Shown here: positions 17,633 through 26,862 of the stretch, piece by piece
Layout of the letters: every line of letters starts with the position of its first letter
How positions within the stretch are numbered: position 1 is the first letter of the stretch
Assembly (NCBI RefSeq): GCF_000284455.1
Contig: NC_017039.1
Span: forward strand, 180,001 to 212,000
Length of the DNA stretch: 32,000 nt
Source of the DNA: Synechocystis sp. PCC 6803 substr. PCC-P
GTDB taxonomy: Bacteria > Cyanobacteriota > Cyanobacteriia > Cyanobacteriales > Microcystaceae
Reading direction: 5' to 3'
The notes under the pieces: generated by a model
What the model was told of the DNA's origin: nothing
The model's database searches: none
What the model saw: only the letters and a program-made list of their open reading frames with translations
Translations under genes and position numbers: made by a program

Positions 17633-20185
17633 ATGAGTAACGATTCCATTGTCCGCCACGTCCTGGTCATTGAGGATCAGAAATCTCGTCGCATTGTTTC
17701 CCTAGAAGAAAACACCTACGACATCGGTCGGGACCCCAGCAGTGCCATCCCTATTTACGATCGCCAAGTTTCCCGTCACCACGCAACCCTGATCCGGGTT
17801 AACGACTATCAGAATCATCAATACACCTATAGATTAATTGACGGTAATCTCCAGGGAAAACGCAGCACCAATGGCGTGGTGGTCAACGGTCAATATTGTC
17901 TTTCCCATGAGTTGGAGCACGGGGACGTAATTCGCTTTGGCAATCAGTCCAAAGCCAGCTACCACATTATGAATCTGACCACAGAATCGGAGGAGCAACC
18001 CTACGGAGCCGAACCTGTGTCGGTGGTGGCCAACCCAATCATGGGGGAAACCTATGTGGACCCCCTAAACTTTGCCATGGCTGACCACGGCTATGGAGAA
18101 GGGGCTGGATTTGACCATGAAGCGGTAGAAGTAGAGGAAGACTCTTCCTTTTCCACAGCGGTGGTCTATAACGATGAAATACCAGATGTCAGCCGCAGTG
18201 CTCCATTACCAAGTCATCGTCCACCGGCTTCCCTCAGCGAAAATAGTACCCAGTTAATTGTTGAGTTAACCACTGCGGGGCAGGTGATTTACGCCAACGG
18301 GGCAACCAAAGCCTTATTTCCGGAACTAATGGCCATCCAGGCCCAACATCCTCTGATCCAAGGCCTCTCAAATTTATCCCTCACCAGGGAGGGCTTGCAG
18401 TTGGAACGGGATATTGCCATCGGCCAACAAATTTTTCATCAGCGGATTTTCCTTGGGCCAGACCGAAGCCGGTTACAGTGCTACAGCGAGGACGTGACCG
18501 AGTATCGCAAAATGGAGCAGGGGTTAAATGATCTCCACCATCGTTTGCAAGCCTATCGGGAATATAGCGCCACAGGTTTTCTGTTGGTGGATGCCCGCAC
18601 CAAAACTGTGGTCGAAGCTAACAGTGCTTTTTGCCAGTTATTGGGCTATGAGGAATCGGAGGTTCTCGATTTCACCCTTTATCAGTTGATCGCCGCAGAA
18701 CGGCCGGTGATTGAAGAACTATTAATTAACCTGGAAACCCAAAACTATCTATCGGTACCAGAACTAGAGTACCGCAATCGGGAAGGGCAAACGGTACAAG
18801 TCAAGGGGGAAGTGTATCGCCTACCGTGGGAGGACAGGGAGGTGTACTGTTTTGTCATGCGCACTCCCCGGGGTCGCCAGGGGTATTCAGAAACCTTGGC
18901 TAACCAAGCGTTGTATGACCCCATTAGTAAACTGCCCAACCGGGTAAATCTACAAAAGGAACTATCCCTCGCCATCGATGCGGCAGCCCACCACCAGCAT
19001 CTCATGGGGGTGATGTTCATCCATTTAGAAATTCTCAATCGCATTAACCAGGCCTATGGCTTTGGCTTTGGGGATGAAGTATTTATGGCCTTCCACGGGG
19101 CGATCTCCGACTGTATGCGTTCCGGAGATACCGTAGGGCAATGGGATAGCAACACCCTAGTGATTATTCTGGCCAAGATAAAAAGCCCCCAGGATTCCAT
19201 TCGTCTAGCGGAAAGAATTCTAGACCGCTTGAAAAATCCCATAACCGTGCGAGAAAGGGAATTTATTTTTAATATTAACATTGGCATTTCCGCCTACCCC
19301 AACGATGGTAACCGGGCCGAAGATTTACTCTCTCGAGCCAACGCCGCTCTGCAAAAATTGCGCCAAACTGGTTTTAATCATTATCAGTGCTACGATCCGA
19401 AATTTAGCACCGCCGCCCTCCATCAAGCCCGCCTAGAAAACCTTCTTCAACAGGCGATCGCCAAACGGCAACTTACCCTGCAATACCAACCCCAAATCCA
19501 TCTCCAAAGTGGGGAAATCACCGCCATAGAAGCCCTACTCCGTTGGGAACATCCAGAAGTAGGGGAAATTGCCCCGGGAAAAATCATCCCCATTGCCGCC
19601 CGTAGCAATCTCATTTTTGAACTCAGCGATTGGATTTTTCGCACCGCCTGTCAACAAAATTTGGAGTGGCAAAAGGATGGTTCACCCCCTCGGGCGATCG
19701 CCATTAATCTATCAGCCCGGGAATTTTATCGCCAAGACCTAGTGATGATGGTAGGTAAAACCCTAGAGGAAACCGGCTTAGATCCCCAATGGTTGGAGCT
19801 AGAAATTACCGAAAATACTCTGAGGCAACAACCAGCCAAGGCCCTGGCCATTCTCCAAGACCTCAAAACCTTTGGGGTTAGAATTGCCCTAGACGACTTC
19901 GGCCTAGGCCAAATGGGCATTGGTTTTGTCACCCAGTTTCCCTTCACCACCATCAAAATTCATCAAGGATTCATGGCCCGCTTGCGGGGCACCCCCCAGG
20001 AAATGGCCATTCTCCAATCCATATTTGCATTAAGTCAGGGCTTCCAATATCGTCTGGTGGCCGAAGGGATAGAAACCGATGCCCAACTGAGCTTGATCAA
20101 GCAACTACAATGCCAGGAAGTACAAGGATTTTTGTTGAGTCGCCCCCTGCGGAAACGGGAAATGGGACAATTTTTACAGAAATAA
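17633..20185 (+). CDS. FHA-PAS-PAS-GGDEF(degenerate)-EAL protein
   Basis: FHA: TYDIGRDPSSAIPIYDRQVSRHHATLIR; PAS-like regions around IVELTTAGQVIYANGATKALF and GFLLVDARTKTVVEANSAFCQLLGY; GGDEF site replaced by GQWDSNTLVIIL; EAL domain AIEALLRW...LEITE...LDDFGLG...TIKIH...VAEGIET...QGFL. Confidence 0.93.
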   Translation: MSNDSIVRHVLVIEDQKSRRIVSLEENTYDIGRDPSSAIPIYDRQVSRHHATLIRVNDYQNHQYTYRLIDGNLQGKRSTNGVVVNGQYCLSHELEHGDVIRFGNQSKASYHIMNLTTESEEQPYGAEPVSVVANPIMGETYVDPLNFAMADHGYGEGAGFDHEAVEVEEDSSFSTAVVYNDEIPDVSRSAPLPSHRPPASLSENSTQLIVELTTAGQVIYANGATKALFPELMAIQAQHPLIQGLSNLSLTREGLQLERDIAIGQQIFHQRIFLGPDRSRLQCYSEDVTEYRKMEQGLNDLHHRLQAYREYSATGFLLVDARTKTVVEANSAFCQLLGYEESEVLDFTLYQLIAAERPVIEELLINLETQNYLSVPELEYRNREGQTVQVKGEVYRLPWEDREVYCFVMRTPRGRQGYSETLANQALYDPISKLPNRVNLQKELSLAIDAAAHHQHLMGVMFIHLEILNRINQAYGFGFGDEVFMAFHGAISDCMRSGDTVGQWDSNTLVIILAKIKSPQDSIRLAERILDRLKNPITVREREFIFNINIGISAYPNDGNRAEDLLSRANAALQKLRQTGFNHYQCYDPKFSTAALHQARLENLLQQAIAKRQLTLQYQPQIHLQSGEITAIEALLRWEHPEVGEIAPGKIIPIAARSNLIFELSDWIFRTACQQNLEWQKDGSPPRAIAINLSAREFYRQDLVMMVGKTLEETGLDPQWLELEITENTLRQQPAKALAILQDLKTFGVRIALDDFGLGQMGIGFVTQFPFTTIKIHQGFMARLRGTPQEMAILQSIFALSQGFQYRLVAEGIETDAQLSLIKQLQCQEVQGFLLSRPLRKREMGQFLQK

Positions 20186-20404
20186 TTACACCAAAACTAA
20201 GTCCTATCCCCACTTTTAAAACTAACCGCAACTTGCCATCATTGATGACCCGCCCAAACCCTTAATAAAGTTTGTCTAAGAAGTACGATCCAACCGTTAG
20301 GGGTTATGTCACACTAGAGGTAGGGTCGCAATTTAGCCAGATTTTGTCTCCATCATCGGGTCAAGATACATATTTCCCTTGCCCATCCGCCCATCCTTGC
20401 TGTT

Positions 20405-22525
20405 ATGACTAACCTGCCTGAATTTCGACATATATTTGTGATCGAAGATCAAAAAGCCCGTCGTATTATTTCCTTGGACGAACCCACCTATTCCATTGGA
20501 CGGGAATCCAGCAATGATATTGTCATTTACGACCAGGTAGTATCCCGCCACCACGCCACCCTAATTCGCATCAAACCCACCTCCCAAAATGAAGGTTATT
20601 CCTACCGGATTTTAGACGGGGATTTGGAGGGCAATCGCAGTACCAATGGTCTGATTATCAATGGACAGGATAGTGAATCCCACGACCTGCAACACGGGGA
20701 TGTGATTTTATTTGGTAGTCAGTCCAAGGCTAGTTACTACATCGTTTCCACTTCCTTGGAAATTGCCATGTTCAACCCCCTGGAGGCCATGTCCTTAGAA
20801 GACTTGTCTCGCCAAAGTTTGGGGGAGTACACCAGTAAGTCCACCATTATAAATGAGCAGGAACAGGAAGCATCCCGTTTGGCCCCTAGTTCTGCTGATT
20901 TGGTGCGTTTTTCTTCCTTTGCTGAGCTTAGTCCCCATCCCATTGTGGAAATTGATTTCAATGGCAAAATTGTTTATCTGAATCCGCCGGCAAGTATTAA
21001 GTTTCGGGATATCAATGACCTAGGCGTCAGCCATCCTATTTTAGAAGGTCTGCTCAACCAAGCCCAAAATGTACGGGGCAATTTGCTTTTGCGGGAAGTG
21101 AAAAGTGGCGATGAATGCTATGAGCAATACGTCCATTATCTGACTGAAAATCAAATTATTCGTAGCTACTTAATTGACATTACCCGACGGCAACAGGCAG
21201 AAGATAGCTTGGCCCAACATACTTTCTACGACCCCATGACCGGGCTACCCAACCATGCTTTTTTTGAGGAGCAATTGGCGATCGCCTTGGCAAAGGTACA
21301 GCGAGATCAAAGTCGGCTGGCTATCCTGTTCCTCAATTTTTATAATTACGAGCGGATGATCAATGCCTTTGGACTAGGGTGTGGAGAAATATTGCTGAAA
21401 ACCGTAGCCAAACGCCTGAGTCAGTGGACAGAAAAAAGGGGCTTGGCCTGCCGCTGGCAGGGAAAACAGTTTGCCATTTTGCTCAAGGAACCGGGGGACA
21501 ATCAAGCCTTGACGGAAATGGTGAAGGAAATGCTGGCCATGCTGGAAGAGAGCATTGACGTGGCCAAACAAAAAATTCACCTCAAGGGTAAGGTGGGCAT
21601 CGCCGTTTACCCCGATGGGGGTACTGATGGGGCTACCCTATTGAAAAATTCCCACACTGCTCTAGAACAAATTAAGGAAAAACATTTTGACTCCTTCGCT
21701 TTCTTTAACGAAAAGGCCGCCTCTAAAGCTAACCTGTTTTTCCGACTGGAAAACCTACTCTACGAGGCCCTGGACAAGCATCAGTTCTACCTAACCTACC
21801 AGCCCATCCTCCAGATAACTACAGGGGAAATTACTGGCATGGAGGCCCTGTTGCGTTGGCACCATCCCGAAATTGGCGAAATTTCTCCGGTTAATCTGAT
21901 TCCCTTGGCAGAAAAAACTGATTTAATTGTACCCATCGGCGAATGGATTCTAAGGACGGCCTGCCAACAGAATCGGCAATGGCAAGGGGCCGGGATTCCC
22001 CCCTTACCTGTATGTATTAACCTCTGCCTCAACCAATTCCAAAATCCTCACTTGATTGCCAATATCCAAAGTATCCTAGAGGAGAATCAGTTGGAGCCCC
22101 ACTGGTTGACCATTGAGGTGACTGAAAGCATCATTATGGACAACATTGATTATTCTCGCCGGGCCATCGAACAGTTGGCCACCATTGGTGTTAATCTTTC
22201 CCTCGATGACTTTGGTATTGGCCTAGGCACTCTGTCCTGCTTGCAACAGTTTAAGATTCCCGCCGTCAAGATCCACGAGTCCTTTATCAAAGATTTGGAG
22301 CAGAGTCCCGTCAACGAGGCGATCATTACCAGCATTATGACCCTGGGAAGAAAATTGGGTGTTCGCATCATCAGTGAAGGCGTAGAAACTCAACAGCAGT
22401 TGGAAGTACTACAAAAACTGGAATGCCAGGAAATACAAGGTTTTTGGTTTAGTAGGCCCCTCAAAGTTGATGCCGCGACGGAACTTTTGAGTCAAAATAA
22501 GATTAAGGCTGATCCTCTGGCATAA
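20405..22525 (+). CDS. FHA-PAS-GGDEF(degenerate)-EAL protein
   Basis: FHA: TYSIGRESSNDIVIYDQVVSRHHATLIR; PAS-like SPHPIVEIDFNGKIVYLNPPA; GGDEF site reads CRWQGKQFAILL; EAL: GMEALLRW...IEVTE...LDDFGIG...AVKIH...ISEGVET...QGFW. Confidence 0.93.
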   Translation: MTNLPEFRHIFVIEDQKARRIISLDEPTYSIGRESSNDIVIYDQVVSRHHATLIRIKPTSQNEGYSYRILDGDLEGNRSTNGLIINGQDSESHDLQHGDVILFGSQSKASYYIVSTSLEIAMFNPLEAMSLEDLSRQSLGEYTSKSTIINEQEQEASRLAPSSADLVRFSSFAELSPHPIVEIDFNGKIVYLNPPASIKFRDINDLGVSHPILEGLLNQAQNVRGNLLLREVKSGDECYEQYVHYLTENQIIRSYLIDITRRQQAEDSLAQHTFYDPMTGLPNHAFFEEQLAIALAKVQRDQSRLAILFLNFYNYERMINAFGLGCGEILLKTVAKRLSQWTEKRGLACRWQGKQFAILLKEPGDNQALTEMVKEMLAMLEESIDVAKQKIHLKGKVGIAVYPDGGTDGATLLKNSHTALEQIKEKHFDSFAFFNEKAASKANLFFRLENLLYEALDKHQFYLTYQPILQITTGEITGMEALLRWHHPEIGEISPVNLIPLAEKTDLIVPIGEWILRTACQQNRQWQGAGIPPLPVCINLCLNQFQNPHLIANIQSILEENQLEPHWLTIEVTESIIMDNIDYSRRAIEQLATIGVNLSLDDFGIGLGTLSCLQQFKIPAVKIHESFIKDLEQSPVNEAIITSIMTLGRKLGVRIISEGVETQQQLEVLQKLECQEIQGFWFSRPLKVDAATELLSQNKIKADPLA

Positions 22526-22553
22526 CTTAGAATTAATAGATCCCAGATTCTCT

Positions 22554-24395
22554 ATGAAGCAACACATACTAGTTCTAGAAGATGCCAATCAAAGAAGAAC
22601 AATAATCTTAGACGAGCAACAGTATTCCATTGGTCGCCATTCTGGTACTAGCATCCAGATTCACTCCCGGCAGGCTTCCCGGCACCATGCCACCCTGATG
22701 CGGAAGACTAATAGTAAAACTAACGAAGAGTGTTTTTGGATTATTGATGGGGATCTAGAGGGCAATAAAAGTCAAAACGGCGTCTTTGTGAATGGGGAAA
22801 AACGCCTCATTCACGAGCTAAAAAATGGTGACCTGATTAATTTTGGCTGTAGCATCAATGCCAGTTACCACGTTACTGGAGAGGGGTTTGGGGAGTCTTC
22901 CTCCCAGCCAGTGGAAATATTGCCCCAGACTTCTCCCTATAATGAGGCGGTTTCCGCTCAGATTGCCTCCAGCTATAACACCAGGGAAGGGGTTGATTTG
23001 TTGGCTGGCTCCAATGATGAAACGTTTCACGAGCAATCCTATCTTGATACGGCAACGGATTTGCCCAATCAGACTCTGTTTTTGGAGTACTTAAATATTG
23101 CCCTTTCCAATGCCCGTCGTCACCATGCCCAGGTGGGGGTTTTACTCTGCCAGATTAATAATTGGTCTGATCTCAAGCGCAAACGGGGAGACGCGGTGGC
23201 CAATGCTTTCCTACAGGAAGCGGGGCAAAAACTGAAGTCAAATTTGCGCAATGGAGATATTGTTTCCCGTTGGGATAAAGATGAGTTTATTTTTCTGGTG
23301 TCCAAGGTACAGGATACTAGCAGCCTGTTGGGAATTGCTCAACGCTTGATGAAACCGGTTTTAGCTCCGGTGACGGCGGGGGGAAGACCGTTCCAGCCAG
23401 AGATTACCTACGGGGTGGCCCTCTATCCGGTGGATGGGGAGCAGGTGAATGACTTGATCGGTCACATTAGAGAAAATTTACAGCAGTTGTTACCCCAACC
23501 CACCAACCCGGGGTCAGGAGAGGCGGATGACCATATAGAAACAGCGGTGGATGTGCGCATCGGTGCCCCCCAGCCGGTGCCAGGACTTTCTGACTCTGAT
23601 CAAAAGCGTTTGGCGATCGTAGAAAAGCGTTTACTACGGGCGTTGGAACAACATGAGTTGGAATTGTACTATCAGCCCCAGATTAATTGGCGTAAAAAAA
23701 CTATTGAGGCCATGGAGGCGTTTATCCGTTGGCAACATCCCCAAAAGGGCCTACTGCCCCCGGGACAGTTTTTGCCGTGGAGCGACCAAACGGAATTTAT
23801 GGTGCCCCTCACTCGGTGGATTTTAGAAACTGCCTGTCAACAAAATGTCCTGTGGCAACAGCAATTGCAAACTCCTTTTTTAGTTTCCGTTAATATTTCT
23901 GAAAAGCAGTTTTATCATCCTTTACTTAAAAATATGGTCATGGAGGCGATCGCCATGGCCAAGATGGAGACCCATTACTTGGAGTTAGAAATTCAAGAAT
24001 CCACTGTGATGAAGGATTTTGGTCTGGCACAGCAAATTATCACCAACTTACATAACTACGGCGTGGGTTTTTCCCTAGATGATTTTGGCACCGACTATAT
24101 GTCCCTCCGTTGTCTCCAGGATTTACCTTTTCAAAAGCTAAAAATTGACAAATCCCTAACGGCACAGTTACTAGAACAAACCGATAACGTTCCTAATTTA
24201 ACCATGATGGAAACCCTGATCAATCTTGGTAAAACCTTCAACCTGAAGGTGGTGGCCGAGGGGGTCGAACAGGAGGAACAGATTAACATTTTAGATAGCC
24301 TCAATTGCTTTTTCATGCAGGGCTATTGCTTCAGTGAACCGTTAAATATTCTGGCCGCCAATAGCTTTTTGCACAAATACATTGCGGGTAATTAG
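22554..24395 (+). CDS. FHA-GGDEF(degenerate)-EAL protein, no recognisable PAS
   Basis: FHA: QYSIGRHSGTSIQIHSRQASRHHATLMR; GGDEF site reads VSRWDKDEFIFLV; EAL: AMEAFIRW...LEIQE...LDDFGTDY...KLKID...VAEGVEQ...QGYC. Confidence 0.92.
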   Translation: MKQHILVLEDANQRRTIILDEQQYSIGRHSGTSIQIHSRQASRHHATLMRKTNSKTNEECFWIIDGDLEGNKSQNGVFVNGEKRLIHELKNGDLINFGCSINASYHVTGEGFGESSSQPVEILPQTSPYNEAVSAQIASSYNTREGVDLLAGSNDETFHEQSYLDTATDLPNQTLFLEYLNIALSNARRHHAQVGVLLCQINNWSDLKRKRGDAVANAFLQEAGQKLKSNLRNGDIVSRWDKDEFIFLVSKVQDTSSLLGIAQRLMKPVLAPVTAGGRPFQPEITYGVALYPVDGEQVNDLIGHIRENLQQLLPQPTNPGSGEADDHIETAVDVRIGAPQPVPGLSDSDQKRLAIVEKRLLRALEQHELELYYQPQINWRKKTIEAMEAFIRWQHPQKGLLPPGQFLPWSDQTEFMVPLTRWILETACQQNVLWQQQLQTPFLVSVNISEKQFYHPLLKNMVMEAIAMAKMETHYLELEIQESTVMKDFGLAQQIITNLHNYGVGFSLDDFGTDYMSLRCLQDLPFQKLKIDKSLTAQLLEQTDNVPNLTMMETLINLGKTFNLKVVAEGVEQEEQINILDSLNCFFMQGYCFSEPLNILAANSFLHKYIAGN

Positions 24396-24505
24396 AACGT
24401 GTTTGGCAAGTTTTATTCCGCCCCCTAAATCTCCCAATAATGGGAGACTTTCACTCAGTTTCCCCCCAAAATTGGGGGCCAGGGGGCTTTTCAAACAGGC
24501 TCTTA
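24393..24505. repeat. MITE-like palindromic repeat, copy 1 (about 113 bp)
   Basis: Ends TA-GAACGTGTTTGGCAAG ... CTTTTCAAACAGGCTCT-TA are imperfect inverted repeats. Internal hairpins CTCCCA-ATAA-TGGGAG (24431-24446) and CCCCCAA-AA-TTGGGGG (24463-24478). Matches the reverse complement of 26499-26628. Confidence 0.75.
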
Positions 24506-24603
24506 GGTTCAGTTTTAGAAGCTTTTTGCTCCAGAGGAGGCAACGGTAGGATAGACTGAATATTACAAATTGTTAATGCGGACCTTGAAGCCGCTTGCCC
24601 GTT

Positions 24604-26397
24604 ATGTCTCTTCCCATCCGCAATGTCGCCATCATTGCCCACGTTGATCACGGTAAAACCACCCTTGTTGATGCTTTGTTGAAGCAATCAGGCATTTTCC
24701 GGGAAGGGGAAGACGTACCGGTGTGTGTGATGGACTCCAACGATCTGGAACGGGAACGGGGCATTACTATCCTCTCGAAAAATACGGCGGTCCGCTACCA
24801 AGATACGTTAATTAATATTGTCGATACCCCTGGCCACGCTGATTTTGGTGGGGAAGTGGAACGGGTGCTGGGTATGGTGGACGGTTGTGTGTTAATCGTC
24901 GATGCCAATGAAGGCCCCATGCCCCAAACTCGGTTTGTGCTCAAAAAAGCGTTGGAAAAAGGTCTGCGCCCCCTGGTGGTGGTTAATAAGATTGATCGTC
25001 CCCGGGCCGACCCCAACACCGCCGTGGATAAGGTATTTGATCTATTTGTGGAACTGGGGGCAGACGATGACCAGTGTGATTTCACCACTCTGTTTGCTTC
25101 TGGTTTAGGGGGCTTTGCTAAAGAAAGTCTGGACGACGATTCCGAGGATATGAAGCCTTTGTTTGAGGCGATTTTGCACCATGTCCCGCCCCCGGCCGGC
25201 GATCCGAACAAACCCCTCCAGTTACAAGTGACTACCCTGGATTATTCCGATTATTTGGGACGGATTATTATTGGCCGCATCCACAACGGTACGGTTAAAG
25301 CCGGACAACAGGCCGCCTTGGTGAAAGAGGATGGTTCGATCGCCAAAGGAAAAGTTAGTAAACTCTTGGGTTTTGAAGGGTTGAATCGCATCGAACTGCC
25401 AGAAGCCAGTGCCGGCTACATTGTGGCGATCGCCGGTTTTGCCGATGCCAATATCGGTGAGACTTTGACCTGTCCCGATGAACCCCAGGCTTTGCCCCTG
25501 ATCAAAGTGGACGAGCCGACTTTGCAAATGACCTTTTCGGTCAATGATTCTCCCTTTGCGGGCCAAGAAGGCAAATTTGTTACCTCCCGTCAGATTCGCG
25601 ATCGCCTCAATCGGGAATTGGAAACCAACGTTGCTCTACGGGTGGAAGATGGGGAAAGTGCCGAGCAATTTTTGGTCTCTGGTCGGGGGGAATTGCACCT
25701 CGGTATTTTGATTGAAACCATGCGACGGGAAGGTTATGAATTTCAAGTGGCCCAGCCCCAAGTGATTTATCGCGAGGTCAACGGTCAACCCTGTGAACCA
25801 GTGGAATATCTGGTTTTAGATGTACCAGAAGCGGCGGTGGGAGCCTGTATTGAACGGCTGGGACAACGACGGGGAGAAATGCAAGATATGCAAACCAGCG
25901 TCAACGGCCGCACCCAATTGGAATTTGTCATTCCGGCCCGGGGTTTACTGGGTTTCCGGGGGGATTTTATCCGCATCACCCGGGGGGAAGGCATCATGAA
26001 CCACAGCTTTTTGGAATACCGCCCCATGAGTGGTGATTTGGAAACCCGCTATAACGGTGTCATGGTGGCCTTCGAGGAAGGGGTGGCCACATTCTATGCC
26101 ATGAAAAACGCTGAGGATCGGGGCGTATTTTTCATTACTCCCGGCACCAAGGTTTACAAGGGCATGATCATCGGTGAGCATAACCGGCCTCAAGATATTG
26201 AACTGAACGTTTGTAAAACCAAGCAGCTAACCAACCACCGTTCGGCCACCGGGGACGAATTGGTACAGCTCCAAGCGCCGGAAGATATGAACCTAGAAAG
26301 GGCTTTGGAATACATTGGACCGGATGAGTTAGTGGAAATTACGCCGGAATCCATCCGTTTACGGAAAGTAGCCCGGAAAAAGTTGGTCAAACGTTAA
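24604..26397 (+). CDS. typA: Ribosome-associated translational GTPase TypA/BipA
   Basis: [56 protein letters not shown]-terminal [15 protein letters not shown] 24604. Confidence 0.98.
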   Translation: MSLPIRNVAIIAHVDHGKTTLVDALLKQSGIFREGEDVPVCVMDSNDLERERGITILSKNTAVRYQDTLINIVDTPGHADFGGEVERVLGMVDGCVLIVDANEGPMPQTRFVLKKALEKGLRPLVVVNKIDRPRADPNTAVDKVFDLFVELGADDDQCDFTTLFASGLGGFAKESLDDDSEDMKPLFEAILHHVPPPAGDPNKPLQLQVTTLDYSDYLGRIIIGRIHNGTVKAGQQAALVKEDGSIAKGKVSKLLGFEGLNRIELPEASAGYIVAIAGFADANIGETLTCPDEPQALPLIKVDEPTLQMTFSVNDSPFAGQEGKFVTSRQIRDRLNRELETNVALRVEDGESAEQFLVSGRGELHLGILIETMRREGYEFQVAQPQVIYREVNGQPCEPVEYLVLDVPEAAVGACIERLGQRRGEMQDMQTSVNGRTQLEFVIPARGLLGFRGDFIRITRGEGIMNHSFLEYRPMSGDLETRYNGVMVAFEEGVATFYAMKNAEDRGVFFITPGTKVYKGMIIGEHNRPQDIELNVCKTKQLTNHRSATGDELVQLQAPEDMNLERALEYIGPDELVEITPESIRLRKVARKKLVKR

Positions 26398-26498
26398 CAG
26401 AACAATGGGGCTTTGCAAGGTTTTAAAGGGGCAGAAAGGAACACCAATCCAGGCATAGTAACTTTCTATCCCTTTGGTTCAGTTATAGCCAATTCAAT

Positions 26499-26628
26499 TA
26501 AGAGCGTGTTTGGAAAGCCCCCCTGGCCCCCCAAGTTTGGGGGGAAAGTAAGTCAAAGTCCCCCAGCATTGCCGGAGCTTTAGTGAGGAGATTTAGGGGG
26601 CAGAATCAGACTTTATAAACAGGTTCTA
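26499..26628. repeat. MITE-like palindromic repeat, copy 2 (about 130 bp), inverted relative to copy 1
   Basis: TA-AGAGCGTGTTTGGAAAG...TTTATAAACAGGTTC-TA. Internal 8-bp-arm hairpin CCCCCCAA-GT-TTGGGGGG (26527-26544). Reverse complement aligns with copy 1 over most of its length. Confidence 0.75.
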
Positions 26629-26862
26629 AGAATAATTTAAACAGGCTAACTAAAGTGGTCTTGGTAAAAGCTTTACAGCAAACGCTGCCTTCTTAGTCTG
26701 ATTTGAATTAGCCATAACTCTCTTGTTTAGGCAAAAGAATTCCGTACGAGGAACTTTGGGAAAACGGGGAATTTGATACGGGCGAATGGCGGCATTTTGT
26801 ACCGCTCCGGTTTGGTCCAATTCCCAAACGTGCACTAAGAAATTGGCAGCCATGGGGAAAGG

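Noticed and set aside
17633-24395. Possibility that the three FHA-GGDEF-EAL genes are fragments or assembly duplicates
   Set aside because: Each ORF is intact, differs substantially in protein sequence and domain content, and ends in a complete EAL domain.
24795-25211. 138 aa minus-strand ORF inside typA
   Set aside because: It mirrors a strongly coding, highly conserved gene on the other strand; composition and Ser/Thr-rich translation fit a shadow ORF.
26650-26853. 67 aa minus-strand ORF just downstream of the TAXI gene; considered as a frameshifted tail or small gene
   Set aside because: The TAXI product ends plausibly at its own stop and this ORF includes intergenic repeat-like sequence; no supporting motif. 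Ribosome profiling or an ortholog would be needed.
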